Shown here: positions 54,997-64,000 of the stretch, piece by piece
Layout: every line of letters starts with the position of its first letter
Numbering within the stretch: position 1 is the stretch's first letter
Assembly: GCA_017630155.1 (NCBI GenBank)
Contig: JAGBVU010000005.1
Span: 144,342-208,341 of the forward strand
Length of the DNA: 64,000 bases
Reading direction: 5' to 3'
Source of the DNA: Bacteroidales bacterium
Lineage (GTDB): Bacteria; Bacteroidota; Bacteroidia; Bacteroidales; UBA932
Notes under the pieces: generated by a model
What the model saw: the letters and a program-made list of their open reading frames with translations, nothing else
Database searches by the model: none
What the model was told of the DNA's origin: nothing
Program-made: the position numbers and the translations under genes

Positions 54997-56733
54997 TTGG
55001 ACATGTGGGGGAGAGATGAGGCGCTGAGATATATAAAGATTGTCATATTCCCTATGGCAATCTTTTTTTTATCCATTGCACCGGCAGGTGTGGCAGCGCA
55101 AACATTGCCCGAAGGGGTGATGAGGATATTGGAGGCAGAGGCTGAGAGGGGATTGGGGGATCTGGAAGAGCTGGTGAATTATTGTGAGCATCTGATGGAG
55201 AATCGTATCGATATCAATAGTGCCACAGAGGGGGAGCTTGCAGCGTTTCCCCTCCTTTCACCGTTTCAGGTGGCAAGCATAGTGGAGTATAGGGACCAAT
55301 ATGGGGCGATCCTTTCTGCAGGGGAGCTGGCTCAGGTCGATGGCTTCAATGAGGAGAAGGTGGAGAGGATATTGCCCTTCATCACCTTTGGGGAGGATCC
55401 CTCTATTGCCCCGGAGGTGGGTGAGAGGATATCGCATAAGGTGATATTGAGGGGCAATGGTAAGTTTGAGAAAGGGGCCCCTTTGGGGTATTATGGGAAA
55501 TACCGTTTCAGGGTAGGGGAGAATCTGCAGGTGGGCACAACTCTCTCCGGCAAGGGGGCGTCTGCACATTTGCAGGTGGGGAGTGTGGATCTTTGCAGGG
55601 GGCTCTATCTTAAAAGTGGAGTGGTGGGGGATTATACGGTGAGGCTGGGGCAAGGGTTGCTGCTTTGGAACTCATTTTCCCTCTCCGGAGTAGGGGACCC
55701 CTCTTCGATGCTCAAACTTGGAGGTGGAATTTACCCCTATACTGCATCATCTCCCCAAGAGGCTTTCCGTGGGGTGGGGGCAACATTGCTCTTCTGTGAC
55801 AATTGGGAGCTCTCCCTTTTCTATTCTGAGCAAGGTGAAAATGTGGCTGGGGGCTCCCTGGGGTTCAGTGGCGACCGATGGAGGGTCGGGATCAATGGGG
55901 CTGCGTGGAGGGGAGATCTGTGGAGTGGTAGTGTGAGTGCTGACGGGCTCTGGTCCATCGGAAGATACAGAGTTTTTTCGGAGGTGGCAATAGATTCAGA
56001 TGGGGACGGGGCTGCTCTGGTCGGGGCAGTTCTACCATTCTCATCCTCATTTGAGTGTTCTGCGCTGGCAAGGTGGTACTCCCCTGAATACTCCGCTCAA
56101 TATGGGGGTGCATTTTCATCCATATCTTCATGCAAGGATCAGTTGGGTGGTGTGGTAAATATCCTTTGGATTCCGCAGAGGGAGCTTTTATTCAGAGGGT
56201 ATGTGGATGTTGTCTACTATCCTGCCCCAAGGTGGGGTGTCAAGGTCCCCTCCTTCGAGGTGGAGTCCTCTTGTGAGGGGGAATGGACCAGAGGGGAGAG
56301 CAAACTGATGCTCCGGTGGAGGTACAGATTCTATGGGTACGAAGGGAGGCATCAGCAGGGGCTCAGACTCCACTACAGCTATCACCCCGCTTCCGGGTTC
56401 TATCTGGCGGCAAGAGCAGAGGTGGTGTGGAACAATCTCGCCACATCTTCTCCGCTGGAACCGGGTGTTGCCCTTTATGCTGAGTGCGGATATACACCGC
56501 TGCGCAAAAAGTGGGAAGTGGCAGTCAGAGGGACAGTCTATCATATAGACAAATGGGAGAACAGGATATATTTCTATGAGAGGGACCTACCGCAGAGCTT
56601 CTCGGTTCCAGCCCTGTACAGGAGGGGATGGGATCTGTATGGCTATATAAAATATGCCCCACTCTCTCGAGTAGGGCTATATCTTAAGGTCTCCACCAAG
56701 ATGTTGAAGGGGCAGATTAATTTGACTTTTTAA
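54997..56733 (+). CDS. Helix-hairpin-helix domain protein with a large beta-rich C-terminal domain (possible outer-membrane barrel)
   Basis: Signal-like N-terminus, HhH region (INSATEGELAAFPLLSPFQVASIVEYR), and a Gly/aromatic-rich alternating C-terminal 400 aa ending in an aromatic residue (INLTF). Confidence 0.6.
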   Translation: MDMWGRDEALRYIKIVIFPMAIFFLSIAPAGVAAQTLPEGVMRILEAEAERGLGDLEELVNYCEHLMENRIDINSATEGELAAFPLLSPFQVASIVEYRDQYGAILSAGELAQVDGFNEEKVERILPFITFGEDPSIAPEVGERISHKVILRGNGKFEKGAPLGYYGKYRFRVGENLQVGTTLSGKGASAHLQVGSVDLCRGLYLKSGVVGDYTVRLGQGLLLWNSFSLSGVGDPSSMLKLGGGIYPYTASSPQEAFRGVGATLLFCDNWELSLFYSEQGENVAGGSLGFSGDRWRVGINGAAWRGDLWSGSVSADGLWSIGRYRVFSEVAIDSDGDGAALVGAVLPFSSSFECSALARWYSPEYSAQYGGAFSSISSCKDQLGGVVNILWIPQRELLFRGYVDVVYYPAPRWGVKVPSFEVESSCEGEWTRGESKLMLRWRYRFYGYEGRHQQGLRLHYSYHPASGFYLAARAEVVWNNLATSSPLEPGVALYAECGYTPLRKKWEVAVRGTVYHIDKWENRIYFYERDLPQSFSVPALYRRGWDLYGYIKYAPLSRVGLYLKVSTKMLKGQINLTF

Positions 56734-58465
56734 TCTTAAGTTTCATTCCCGGATAGATCTTGGCACCCGATTTCATCCCGTTGAGGTCCATAATGTTCTG
56801 AGCACTTACACCAGGGAACTTTTTGGCAATGTCCCAAAGGTTGTCTCCAGATTTGACTGTGTAGATAACATATCCTCCGGATGTGGTGGTTTTGGCTTTG
56901 GTGGTGCTGCTGCCTGACGATTTTGATGATGCTACAGGGCCACCACCTTTATATATTACAAGTCTCTGGCCGACACGGATGTTGGTCTTGACACCATTCC
57001 ATCTCTGGATATCCCTCACTTTTACACCATACTTGATAGCGATGTGGCTGAGTGTCTCTCCACTTTTTACCTTGTGGGTTATCCTCTGTGAGTTGGTTGA
57101 ACCGCTCTCTTTGATTTTCTTGAGGGTGGCGGGGCTGAAATATACTGAGTCTCTGTATTTGTAGATAGAGTCTTCGTATTGTACAAATTTACCTGTATAG
57201 TTGTAGGGTATGCGGAGTACATATTCCCTCTCCACACCTGGAACTATATCGTGAAGATATTGTGGGTTGAGGTCGCGCAGCTGCTGTTTAGGGAGCCCAG
57301 TGTAGTGCTCAACCTGTTCGAAGTGGAGCATTTTGTTCACTTTTATTGTGTCTGTGTGGACAGGCATATTGACAGGAATAGGGGTGAGCTGATGCTCCTG
57401 ATAGTAATTTAACATATAGAGTGCAGCTATGAAAGATGGGATATATCCTCTGGTCTCCCTTGGGAGGAATGGATATACATCCCATATCTCTTTTGAACCT
57501 CCACACCTTCTTATCGCTTTGTTTACATTTCCTGCGCCGCAGTTGTATGATGCAATAGCAAGTGGCCAGCTGCCGAACATCCTGTATGCGTCCTGCAGGT
57601 AGCGAGCTGCAGCGTGGCACGATTTGAATGGATCGAGGCGCTCATCCACATAGGAGTTGATCAGGAGGTTGTACCTGATGGCTGTGCCGTACATAAACTG
57701 CCACATACCTTTTGCCTTCACCCTTGAAACTGCCCTTGGGTTGAGGGCTGACTCGATGATGGCCATAGCCTTGAGCTCCAGAGGGAGTTGGTACTGGTCC
57801 AGAATCTCCTCGATGATAGGCATGTAGTATCTGCACAGGCCGAGCATGGTTTCGGATTGTTTGGATATGCGCTCGGTGTATGTGATGATGTAGTTTCTGA
57901 TGATGCTGTTGTAAGGGACGGAGATGAAAGAGTTCATCTTCTGAAGTCTCTCGATATATACAGAGTCTGGGATGTTTGAGAGGAGGACAGCTGTGTCAAG
58001 GTCCACATTTTTCTCAAGATTTTCGAGAAGCTCCATATTTTTCTGGTGGTACCAGATGCTCATAAGGGAGTCGGTGTCCTCCAATGTCAGGGAGTCACTT
58101 GGTACATAGCCCGGGACCAAATCCAATGACCCTTCATTGAGGGTATCTGAAGAGGTGACCAGTTCATAATCTGTAATCTCCATCCTGAGGGTGTCGATAA
58201 GTCTCAAGAGAGAATCATTGGCGGCATAAAGGCTGTCTCTCTGTTTGAGCAGGCTTGGACGTCTCTCCTCTTTTGGAGGGAATATTTTTTTGAAAAAATC
58301 GTCGCCCTTCTTCTCCCTCTTTACATTTTCTGTGGCAGACACAGTCACTGTATCTGTCTCAGCAGTGAGTGTGACATAGGTGGTGTCTGTATTTGCTGTA
58401 TTCTGTGCAAATGAAACAGATGTGAATAGTGAAAGGGTCAGTAAACTGATAACAAGTCTCTTCAT
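56717..58465 (-). CDS. Lytic transglycosylase (SLT domain) with two C-terminal LysM domains
   Basis: SLT catalytic region (AIIESALNPRAVSRVKAKGMWQFM) and two LysM repeats (HKVKSGETLSHIAIKYG; YTVKSGDNLWDIAKKF). Confidence 0.85.
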   Translation of the reverse strand: MKRLVISLLTLSLFTSVSFAQNTANTDTTYVTLTAETDTVTVSATENVKREKKGDDFFKKIFPPKEERRPSLLKQRDSLYAANDSLLRLIDTLRMEITDYELVTSSDTLNEGSLDLVPGYVPSDSLTLEDTDSLMSIWYHQKNMELLENLEKNVDLDTAVLLSNIPDSVYIERLQKMNSFISVPYNSIIRNYIITYTERISKQSETMLGLCRYYMPIIEEILDQYQLPLELKAMAIIESALNPRAVSRVKAKGMWQFMYGTAIRYNLLINSYVDERLDPFKSCHAAARYLQDAYRMFGSWPLAIASYNCGAGNVNKAIRRCGGSKEIWDVYPFLPRETRGYIPSFIAALYMLNYYQEHQLTPIPVNMPVHTDTIKVNKMLHFEQVEHYTGLPKQQLRDLNPQYLHDIVPGVEREYVLRIPYNYTGKFVQYEDSIYKYRDSVYFSPATLKKIKESGSTNSQRITHKVKSGETLSHIAIKYGVKVRDIQRWNGVKTNIRVGQRLVIYKGGGPVASSKSSGSSTTKAKTTTSGGYVIYTVKSGDNLWDIAKKFPGVSAQNIMDLNGMKSGAKIYPGMKLKIKKSN

Positions 58466-58474
58466 ATAAATGTG

Positions 58475-59413
58475 TCAGAATGATAAATTTAATTGCAAAC
58501 CAAAAGAGTTCTGCTGTCTTAAGGTTATATTTTGGTTTTGGTTTGGTGTTTCAAGTGGAGTGATGACTGTAGGGGATATGTCCATTGAGAGGTCATCTGT
58601 GATTTCGAAGTTGTGCATTGTGGCAAACACATTGGCATCTATGACCTGAAGCAGATAGACAGCCACTGTAGCCAGGATGGAGTAGTCCCTCATGCGCCTA
58701 TATGTGTCCCTGTAGTGGTTGAGGTTGCTGACAGAGGTGCTCCCTGTGTACCCTCCATTGGGGTCAGATGCCTGGATGCTCAGCTCCTTGTATCTTTTAT
58801 ATTGTTTTCCGTTGTAGTTCCATGCATAACCGGCTACAGCCAGACCTGTGTACCAGATGGGGATGTGCCAGTAGTCCTTATTGTATATCTGCCCCAAACC
58901 GGGAAGGAGGACAGAGTATAGTGTGGCCCTTGTGGGGTCAGGGTCCTGGTAAGAGTCATAATTGCAAACACCATCGAGGATTGAGCCCCAATACACAAGG
59001 GCAGCCCCTGCGAAAAGGATGGTGCTGTATGTCTTGTGTGACGGATCGCCAGTTTTCTTGTACTTGGAGAGGAAGTATCCACCTCCGGCAGCCATACCTC
59101 CAATTCCGAGGTAGACTATGGGAAGCTTCCAGTAATCTTTGTTGTATATCTGAGCTGTGCCGGGGAGGACTATGGAACCTCCGAACATCCAGCTCATTTT
59201 GATGGTGTCTTTGTGGGCAAGGCCACGGAAATAATCTTTTGCAGAGAATATTTGTGTTGCTGAAATGGTGTCGTTCTCCGAAGATGTGGTACTGTTGCCG
59301 AAAAGGCCACCCAGACCACCACCATCATCTTCACCCATTCCGAAGTTGAATTGGGCGTAGCCTGAGACAGTAGATATGAGCAACAGTATGGATAGGAGAA
59401 CTATTTTTCGCAC
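58475..59413 (-). CDS. DUF5683-type membrane protein
   Basis: Repeated PG(T/L)(A/G)QIYNKDYW motif. Conserved position downstream of parB in Bacteroidota. Confidence 0.7.
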   Translation of the reverse strand: MRKIVLLSILLLISTVSGYAQFNFGMGEDDGGGLGGLFGNSTTSSENDTISATQIFSAKDYFRGLAHKDTIKMSWMFGGSIVLPGTAQIYNKDYWKLPIVYLGIGGMAAGGGYFLSKYKKTGDPSHKTYSTILFAGAALVYWGSILDGVCNYDSYQDPDPTRATLYSVLLPGLGQIYNKDYWHIPIWYTGLAVAGYAWNYNGKQYKRYKELSIQASDPNGGYTGSTSVSNLNHYRDTYRRMRDYSILATVAVYLLQVIDANVFATMHNFEITDDLSMDISPTVITPLETPNQNQNITLRQQNSFGLQLNLSF

Positions 59414-59418
59414 GGCCT

Positions 59419-60327
59419 CTATTGTTGTTTTATTCCCTCCAGATCTTTCAGGAATGATTCCACCTCCTGGTCGTTTGCAAATTGGATGGTTATGCTCCCT
59501 TTTCCTGAGTCTGCCCTTTTGAGGCTGATGTGATTATTGAAATATCTCCCGACAATTTCAAGTACCCTGTAGTATGGGTCCGGGAGATTGACAGGTTTGT
59601 CCTCTTTGGCTGGCTTGGGCTCAAGAAGGGCTTTTGCTTTCTGCTCAGCCTGTCTTACCGACAGATCGTTCTTTATGATAATGTCGCATAGTTTTACTTG
59701 CTGTGCCGCATCTTCAAGTGACAGGATGCATTTGGCGTGTCCCATAGAGATTTTACCCTCTCTAAGGGCGATCTGCACTATTGCAGGAAGTTTGAGCAGG
59801 CGTAGATAGTTGGTGACAGTGGCCCTTTTTTTTCCTACCCTTTCTGCCATTGCCTCCTGGGTGAGGTTGCACTCCTCTATAAGTCTCTGGAAGCTCAAGG
59901 CCACCTCTATGGAGTCAAGGTTCTCCCTCTGAATGTTCTCTACGATAGCCATCTCGAGCATCCCCTGGTCATCAGCTTTTCTTATGTATGCAGGGATATG
60001 GGTAAGACCAGCTATTTTGGCTGCCCTGAATCTGCGTTCGCCACTTATGATCTGGTACTTTCCGTTCTCAATACCCCTTACGGTTATGGGTTGGATAAGA
60101 CCGAGTTGTTTGATGGAGTCCGCCAGAGCTTCAAGTGCCTCCTCTTCAAAAACTGTACGGGGCTGGTATGGATTGACAGTAATGTCGTCCAATGAGATCT
60201 CAGATATAGATACTGGGCTGGATGTTGGGCCCGGTATAGTCACTGGGGGTGTGTGCGGTTCGAACTTCCCTTCATAACCGGATATGAGGGCACCGAGACC
60301 TTTTCCTAATGCAGATTTCTTAGCCAT
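59419..60327 (-). CDS. parB: Chromosome partitioning protein ParB
   Basis: ParB box GERRFRAA and an HTH region. Confidence 0.95.
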   Translation of the reverse strand: MAKKSALGKGLGALISGYEGKFEPHTPPVTIPGPTSSPVSISEISLDDITVNPYQPRTVFEEEALEALADSIKQLGLIQPITVRGIENGKYQIISGERRFRAAKIAGLTHIPAYIRKADDQGMLEMAIVENIQRENLDSIEVALSFQRLIEECNLTQEAMAERVGKKRATVTNYLRLLKLPAIVQIALREGKISMGHAKCILSLEDAAQQVKLCDIIIKNDLSVRQAEQKAKALLEPKPAKEDKPVNLPDPYYRVLEIVGRYFNNHISLKRADSGKGSITIQFANDQEVESFLKDLEGIKQQ

Positions 60328-60333
60328 AGTATC

Positions 60334-61101
60334 TTATGAGTTCTTTTTTATAATTTCTTTTGCCAGATTAAGGTAGTTGTTGGAGCCTGGGGATACAGCA
60401 TCATACAGGATGGCGGGTTTGCCATGTGATGGGGCCTCGCTCAATCGTACATTTCTTTGGATGAGGGTATTGAATACCATCTCTCCGAAGTGTTGCCTTA
60501 CCTCTTCCACCACCTGGTTTGCCAGACGGAGACGTCCGTCAAACATAGTGAGGAGAAATCCTTCGATTGTCAGTGCAGGGTTGAGTTTGTTCTGTACCAG
60601 CTTGATGGTGTTTAGGAGTTTGCCAAGACCTTCGAGGGCGAAATATTCGCATTGGACTGGGATGATTACAGAATCAGCCGCTGTGAGGGAGTTGACCGTG
60701 ATAAGGCCCAAAGATGGAGAGCAGTCTATGATGATGTATTCATACTTGTCGATAACCTTCTGAAGTGCGTTCTTGAAAACGTTTTCGCGGTTTTCGATGG
60801 AGAGCATCTCTATTTCTGCACCCACCAGATTGATGTGTGATGGGACAAGCTTAAGATCTGCAATCTCTGTGTCAAGTGTCACCTCTTCAAATGTTCTGTC
60901 TCCAATCAGCACCTCATAGAGTGTCCTGGTAGAGTCTGTGTCGGGGTCAAAATTTAGTCCCGATGTCGCATTTGCCTGAGGGTCAGCGTCGATAAGGAGT
61001 GTCTTTTTCTCCATTACTGCCAATGATGCTGCCAAGTTGATTGCAGTGGTGGTCTTGCCTACTCCACCTTTCTGGTTTGCGATTGCTATTACTTTTCCCA
61101 T
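60334..61101 (-). CDS. parA: Chromosome partitioning ATPase ParA/Soj
   Basis: Deviant Walker [12 protein letters not shown]. Confidence 0.95.
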   Translation of the reverse strand: MGKVIAIANQKGGVGKTTTAINLAASLAVMEKKTLLIDADPQANATSGLNFDPDTDSTRTLYEVLIGDRTFEEVTLDTEIADLKLVPSHINLVGAEIEMLSIENRENVFKNALQKVIDKYEYIIIDCSPSLGLITVNSLTAADSVIIPVQCEYFALEGLGKLLNTIKLVQNKLNPALTIEGFLLTMFDGRLRLANQVVEEVRQHFGEMVFNTLIQRNVRLSEAPSHGKPAILYDAVSPGSNNYLNLAKEIIKKNS

Positions 61102-61127
61102 AATCGATATTATTCTCCAATAACGAG

Positions 61128-61135
61128 CAAATTTA
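61128..61135 (-). promoter_or_regulatory. -7 box TAAATTTG (minus strand) for parAB
   Basis: Reverse complement of caaattta, about 27 nt upstream of the parA ATG. Confidence 0.45.
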
Positions 61136-61166
61136 CAAAATCTTTTTATCTGCGCGATATTTATGT

Positions 61167-61174
61167 TAGATTTG
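61167..61174 (+). promoter_or_regulatory. -7 box TAGATTTG for the lipid kinase gene
   Basis: TAnnTTTG match 26 nt upstream of the ATG at 61200. Confidence 0.45.
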
Positions 61175-61199
61175 TCCCATATTTCTAAACTTATTTACG

Positions 61200-62129
61200 A
61201 TGAGTAATTCAAAGTGGATGGTGATAGCCAATCCGAAGGCTGGGAAAAATAAGGTACTTGAGGAGTGGCATCTGATAGATAGTGCCCTCAAGGGGGCAGG
61301 AGTGGAGTTTGATTCGGTATTCTCCAAGAGCAAGTACCACTCTATAGAGCTGGCTGTAAAGGCAGTAAGGGATGGTTACAGGAATATAATAGCGGTGGGT
61401 GGTGATGGAACCATTCACGAGGTGGTCAATGGAATATTTCTCCAGAAAGAGGTTCCTACCGATGATGTCAGATTGGGGGTTATTCCGGCAGGTTCCGGTA
61501 ATGATTGGGTGAAGATGTATGGTATCCCTGCCGACTATGTAAAGTGTGCTGAGATAATTGCAGCGGGGAGGGTGGTCAAACAGGATATCTTCCGTGTGGA
61601 GGTGGAGGAGTCTAAAGTTAAGCAGAGCAGATATATGATCAACGGTTCGGGGGTCGGCTTGGATGCGGTCATCTGTCGTGAGTGCAATGCTATGAAAGAG
61701 AAGGGTCAGAGTGGGAAGTGGATATATGTAAAGGCTGCTGCCAAATCTTTTCTGAAGATGAGCCCCAAGCTATTCCGTGTAGAGGTGGATGGAGAGATTT
61801 TCTTCAAGGGTAAGGCTCTCTCTGTGGCATTGGCCAATGGAGTTTATAGCGGAGGCGGGATGATCCAGGCTCCAGATGCTGTAATGGACGATGGAATGGT
61901 GAATGTCACTGTTATAGGCAATATGTCCAGAGCTAAGATCCTGGTCCGCTTCAAGGAGCTTTTCTCAGGGAGAATCTACCAGATTCCCGATATTTACCAT
62001 ACAGTGGGCAAGAGTGTAAGAATCTTTATCGAAGGGGATGAGTTCCCAGTGGAGGTGGATGGAGAGGTTATAGGAGGGACACCTGTAGAGCTAGCAGTAT
62101 TGCCGAAGGCACTCAGTATAGTCTGCTGA
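61200..62129 (+). CDS. Diacylglycerol kinase family lipid kinase (YegS-like)
   Basis: DAGK catalytic domain motifs (VGGDGTIHEV, PAGSGNDW). Confidence 0.85.
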   Translation: MSNSKWMVIANPKAGKNKVLEEWHLIDSALKGAGVEFDSVFSKSKYHSIELAVKAVRDGYRNIIAVGGDGTIHEVVNGIFLQKEVPTDDVRLGVIPAGSGNDWVKMYGIPADYVKCAEIIAAGRVVKQDIFRVEVEESKVKQSRYMINGSGVGLDAVICRECNAMKEKGQSGKWIYVKAAAKSFLKMSPKLFRVEVDGEIFFKGKALSVALANGVYSGGGMIQAPDAVMDDGMVNVTVIGNMSRAKILVRFKELFSGRIYQIPDIYHTVGKSVRIFIEGDEFPVEVDGEVIGGTPVELAVLPKALSIVC

Positions 62130-62133
62130 GTGT

Positions 62134-64000
62134 TTAGAGAGGATCTACGTCGATTATAACATTTTCAAAATAGTAGAGCGCTGATGAGAGTTGGCGCTTT
62201 ATTTTTTGTGCCCCCTTGTTTTTGTGGAGACGTATCTGGAACATGCAACTCTCCTCTGAAATGGGGATGGGTCCATCGAAATCTGTTGCTCCGGACATTT
62301 TTATTGCTTTTGTCACTTCCTCTCCCTTCTGTTCCATTTTTTGGAAGCTGTCGCAGTGCATGGTGATCTGAATTATTCTGCTGAATGGGGGGAGGTTGAG
62401 CTCTGCCCTTTCCTGGAGCAATGTCTCAAATGGGACTTTACCACAGAGGTGTTTGAAGATATTGTGGCGATAGAGTGATGTCTGCACGATGACCTGTCCC
62501 TCGCTTTTACCACTTTTGGCAATCTCTACTATCTTCATTATTTGTTGGAGTGCTCGCTCTTCAGCTCTGAAATTTTTGGGAGAGAGGAGTGCTTCGCCTT
62601 GGATTACCACGATAAAAGAGGGTTTGGCCTTGAGAGATTCCAACTGCTGGATCTCTGTGAAGATCTCTGTTTTGATCCCCTCGAGAGCATCTTCAAGTTC
62701 GGGACGCCACTCCTGTTCTGCCTGGGGAAATGCCCACTTGGGGCGGAAAATGGCGGTTTTGATCCCCTTTGCAGCCCTCTCACGCAGTGCAGCCAGGGCA
62801 ATATTTGTAAGTGCCCCTTTGGTCGATCCTGTCCGGAACTCCTTTGAGAAGTCCACTATCTTCAGAGATTCTGTAGCATCATTTGGATGGTCTGCCAAAA
62901 GCTCTTGTGGGAGGGACAGTTCCTGATATTTCCCTATCATCACATTGTGTAGGGACTCAAATGATGGGGTGGGGGAGCTGAGGATGATGTCCGCGTTGTG
63001 CAGTTGGGCCAATATCAGTGCCGTATCCCTGCCGTGATAGCGTGGGGTAGGCTCTGACTGTTTGTAAAGAGGGCTATGCTCCTCATCTACAATGATAAGG
63101 CCCAGATTTCTGAATGGGAGGAAGAGGGCTGAACGGAGGCCAATTATAATAAGGGGTGAGTGGTGGTCTCCTCTTGTGCTGCAGATGGTGTCTGTATAGG
63201 TTCCAATGGTATGACAAGTACCCTCTGATGCCGGATGGGAAGCTTCTCCATTTCCGGTGAGGAGAGCCTTGGTCGCTTCGCGCTTTTTGGCTGTGGTCTG
63301 TCCGGAGTGGTATGTGATTATTTTGTCGCCGAAGTGTGGGGATAGTGCTTTCTCCATCTTACGGCAAGATGCTATGTCCGGGGTGAGGATAAGGGTGCTT
63401 TTCCCTCTTTGGACCTGTCTGCTTACCAGGTCCAGATACAATCCGTTCTTGATGGCAGGGTCTTGTGGGCTCTTTAGAAATTTGGGCACGGAGTGGGCGT
63501 TTTTGGTGCCCAAAGTGGCGGTTTCTGGGTTTTCGGGCACGGATTTGCCGGTTTGGGTGTCCGAAGTGCTTGCTTCTGTTGCTGCGGCCATCCATTCGGT
63601 GGTTTTGCTGACCAAAATGTCTGGCTTTTTCGCTGCAGCCGCACATTTACAGGCTTTGGTGTCAGTTTTTGGGAGGGATTCAGCAGATTTCTTCTCCCGT
63701 TTGGTGAGGAGCTCCATCAGGAATGGGGTGGCTGCCTTGAGTGCCTCCCCTGAGCTGCACATATAGTAGTCGGCGATGGTGCGCCAGAACCGTATATCTT
63801 CAGGGGTTGCCGTAATCTCAGTATCGATGGAGAGGATATCCCTTATCTTCCTGATGTCGTATCTCGGGGTCTGCGATATCTCCTCCACATACCCCTTGTA
63901 CTTCCTGTATCCAAGCATCACCTCCACCCTTGAACCAATCTGGATTTTTGGTACAAGCTCATCGGGGACAGAGTAGGTCACTGTGTCCCGAAATCTTACC
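62134..64000 (-). CDS. priA: Primosomal protein N' (PriA) homolog, N-terminus outside window; helicase motifs look degenerate
   Basis: N-terminal 3'-DNA-binding-domain pattern (TYSVPDELVPKIQIGSRVEVMLG), DEEH box (IIVDEEH), and a C-terminal domain. The frame stays open upstream of the GTG at 63981. See the findings for the missing motifs. Confidence 0.7.
   Translation of the reverse strand, partial: VRFRDTVTYSVPDELVPKIQIGSRVEVMLGYRKYKGYVEEISQTPRYDIRKIRDILSIDTEITATPEDIRFWRTIADYYMCSSGEALKAATPFLMELLTKREKKSAESLPKTDTKACKCAAAAKKPDILVSKTTEWMAAATEASTSDTQTGKSVPENPETATLGTKNAHSVPKFLKSPQDPAIKNGLYLDLVSRQVQRGKSTLILTPDIASCRKMEKALSPHFGDKIITYHSGQTTAKKREATKALLTGNGEASHPASEGTCHTIGTYTDTICSTRGDHHSPLIIIGLRSALFLPFRNLGLIIVDEEHSPLYKQSEPTPRYHGRDTALILAQLHNADIILSSPTPSFESLHNVMIGKYQELSLPQELLADHPNDATESLKIVDFSKEFRTGSTKGALTNIALAALRERAAKGIKTAIFRPKWAFPQAEQEWRPELEDALEGIKTEIFTEIQQLESLKAKPSFIVVIQGEALLSPKNFRAEERALQQIMKIVEIAKSGKSEGQVIVQTSLYRHNIFKHLCGKVPFETLLQERAELNLPPFSRIIQITMHCDSFQKMEQKGEEVTKAIKMSGATDFDGPIPISEESCMFQIRLHKNKGAQKIKRQLSSALYYFENVIIDVDPL

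Overview
The window reads as a 64 kb chromosomal segment from a Bacteroidota genome, probably Bacteroidales. The evidence is repeated TAnnTTTG -7 promoter boxes, a parA-parB-DUF5683-LysM transglycosylase block, a split 5'-nucleotidase and mutAB. All calls come from reading the ORF translations and the DNA by eye; no searches or computations were run.

Layout:
- 1-15.3 kb: housekeeping genes (rsmI, ComEA-like, ABC-2 exporter, 5'-nucleotidase pair, plsC-like, parE, hpf, Xer recombinase, rpsU, serine hydrolase, mutA/mutB).
- 15.35-24.74 kb: one tightly packed nine-gene minus-strand operon. It joins three capnine/sulfonolipid-type enzymes (cysteate-synthase-like, AONS/SPT-family acyltransferase, SDR) to a heterodisulfide-reductase-like Fe-S/flavin complex in sHdr gene order, ending in a DsrMK/HdrED-like membrane fusion.
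- 24.8-48.6 kb: an accessory stretch bracketed by inverted copies of a ~125-130 bp palindromic element. It holds a LytTR-headed five-gene operon and a 5'-truncated Nudix/NrtR-like gene. Next comes an AT-rich two-gene module (DUF1848-like protein with a C-terminal CX3CX2C motif, plus a methyltransferase-like/SF1 helicase fusion), then a zinc-ribbon protein and a Bro-N/Fic protein. It also holds an AT-rich four-gene module: secreted vWA protein, lipoprotein, tubulin/FtsZ-like GTPase, and a degenerate-tubulin/papain-like protease membrane protein. That module is bracketed by ~490 bp direct repeats derived from a DUF1016 nuclease gene.
- 48.7-64 kb: housekeeping again (hutU, lplA, PAP2, obg, adk, hpt, purE, parAB, lipid kinase, and a priA homolog that looks degenerate).

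No rRNA, tRNA, CRISPR array, transposase or phage structural gene was recognised. The best candidates for an undescribed system are the tubulin/vWA/protease operon and the DUF1848-helicase pair. The Hdr-sulfonolipid operon is a third, metabolic candidate.
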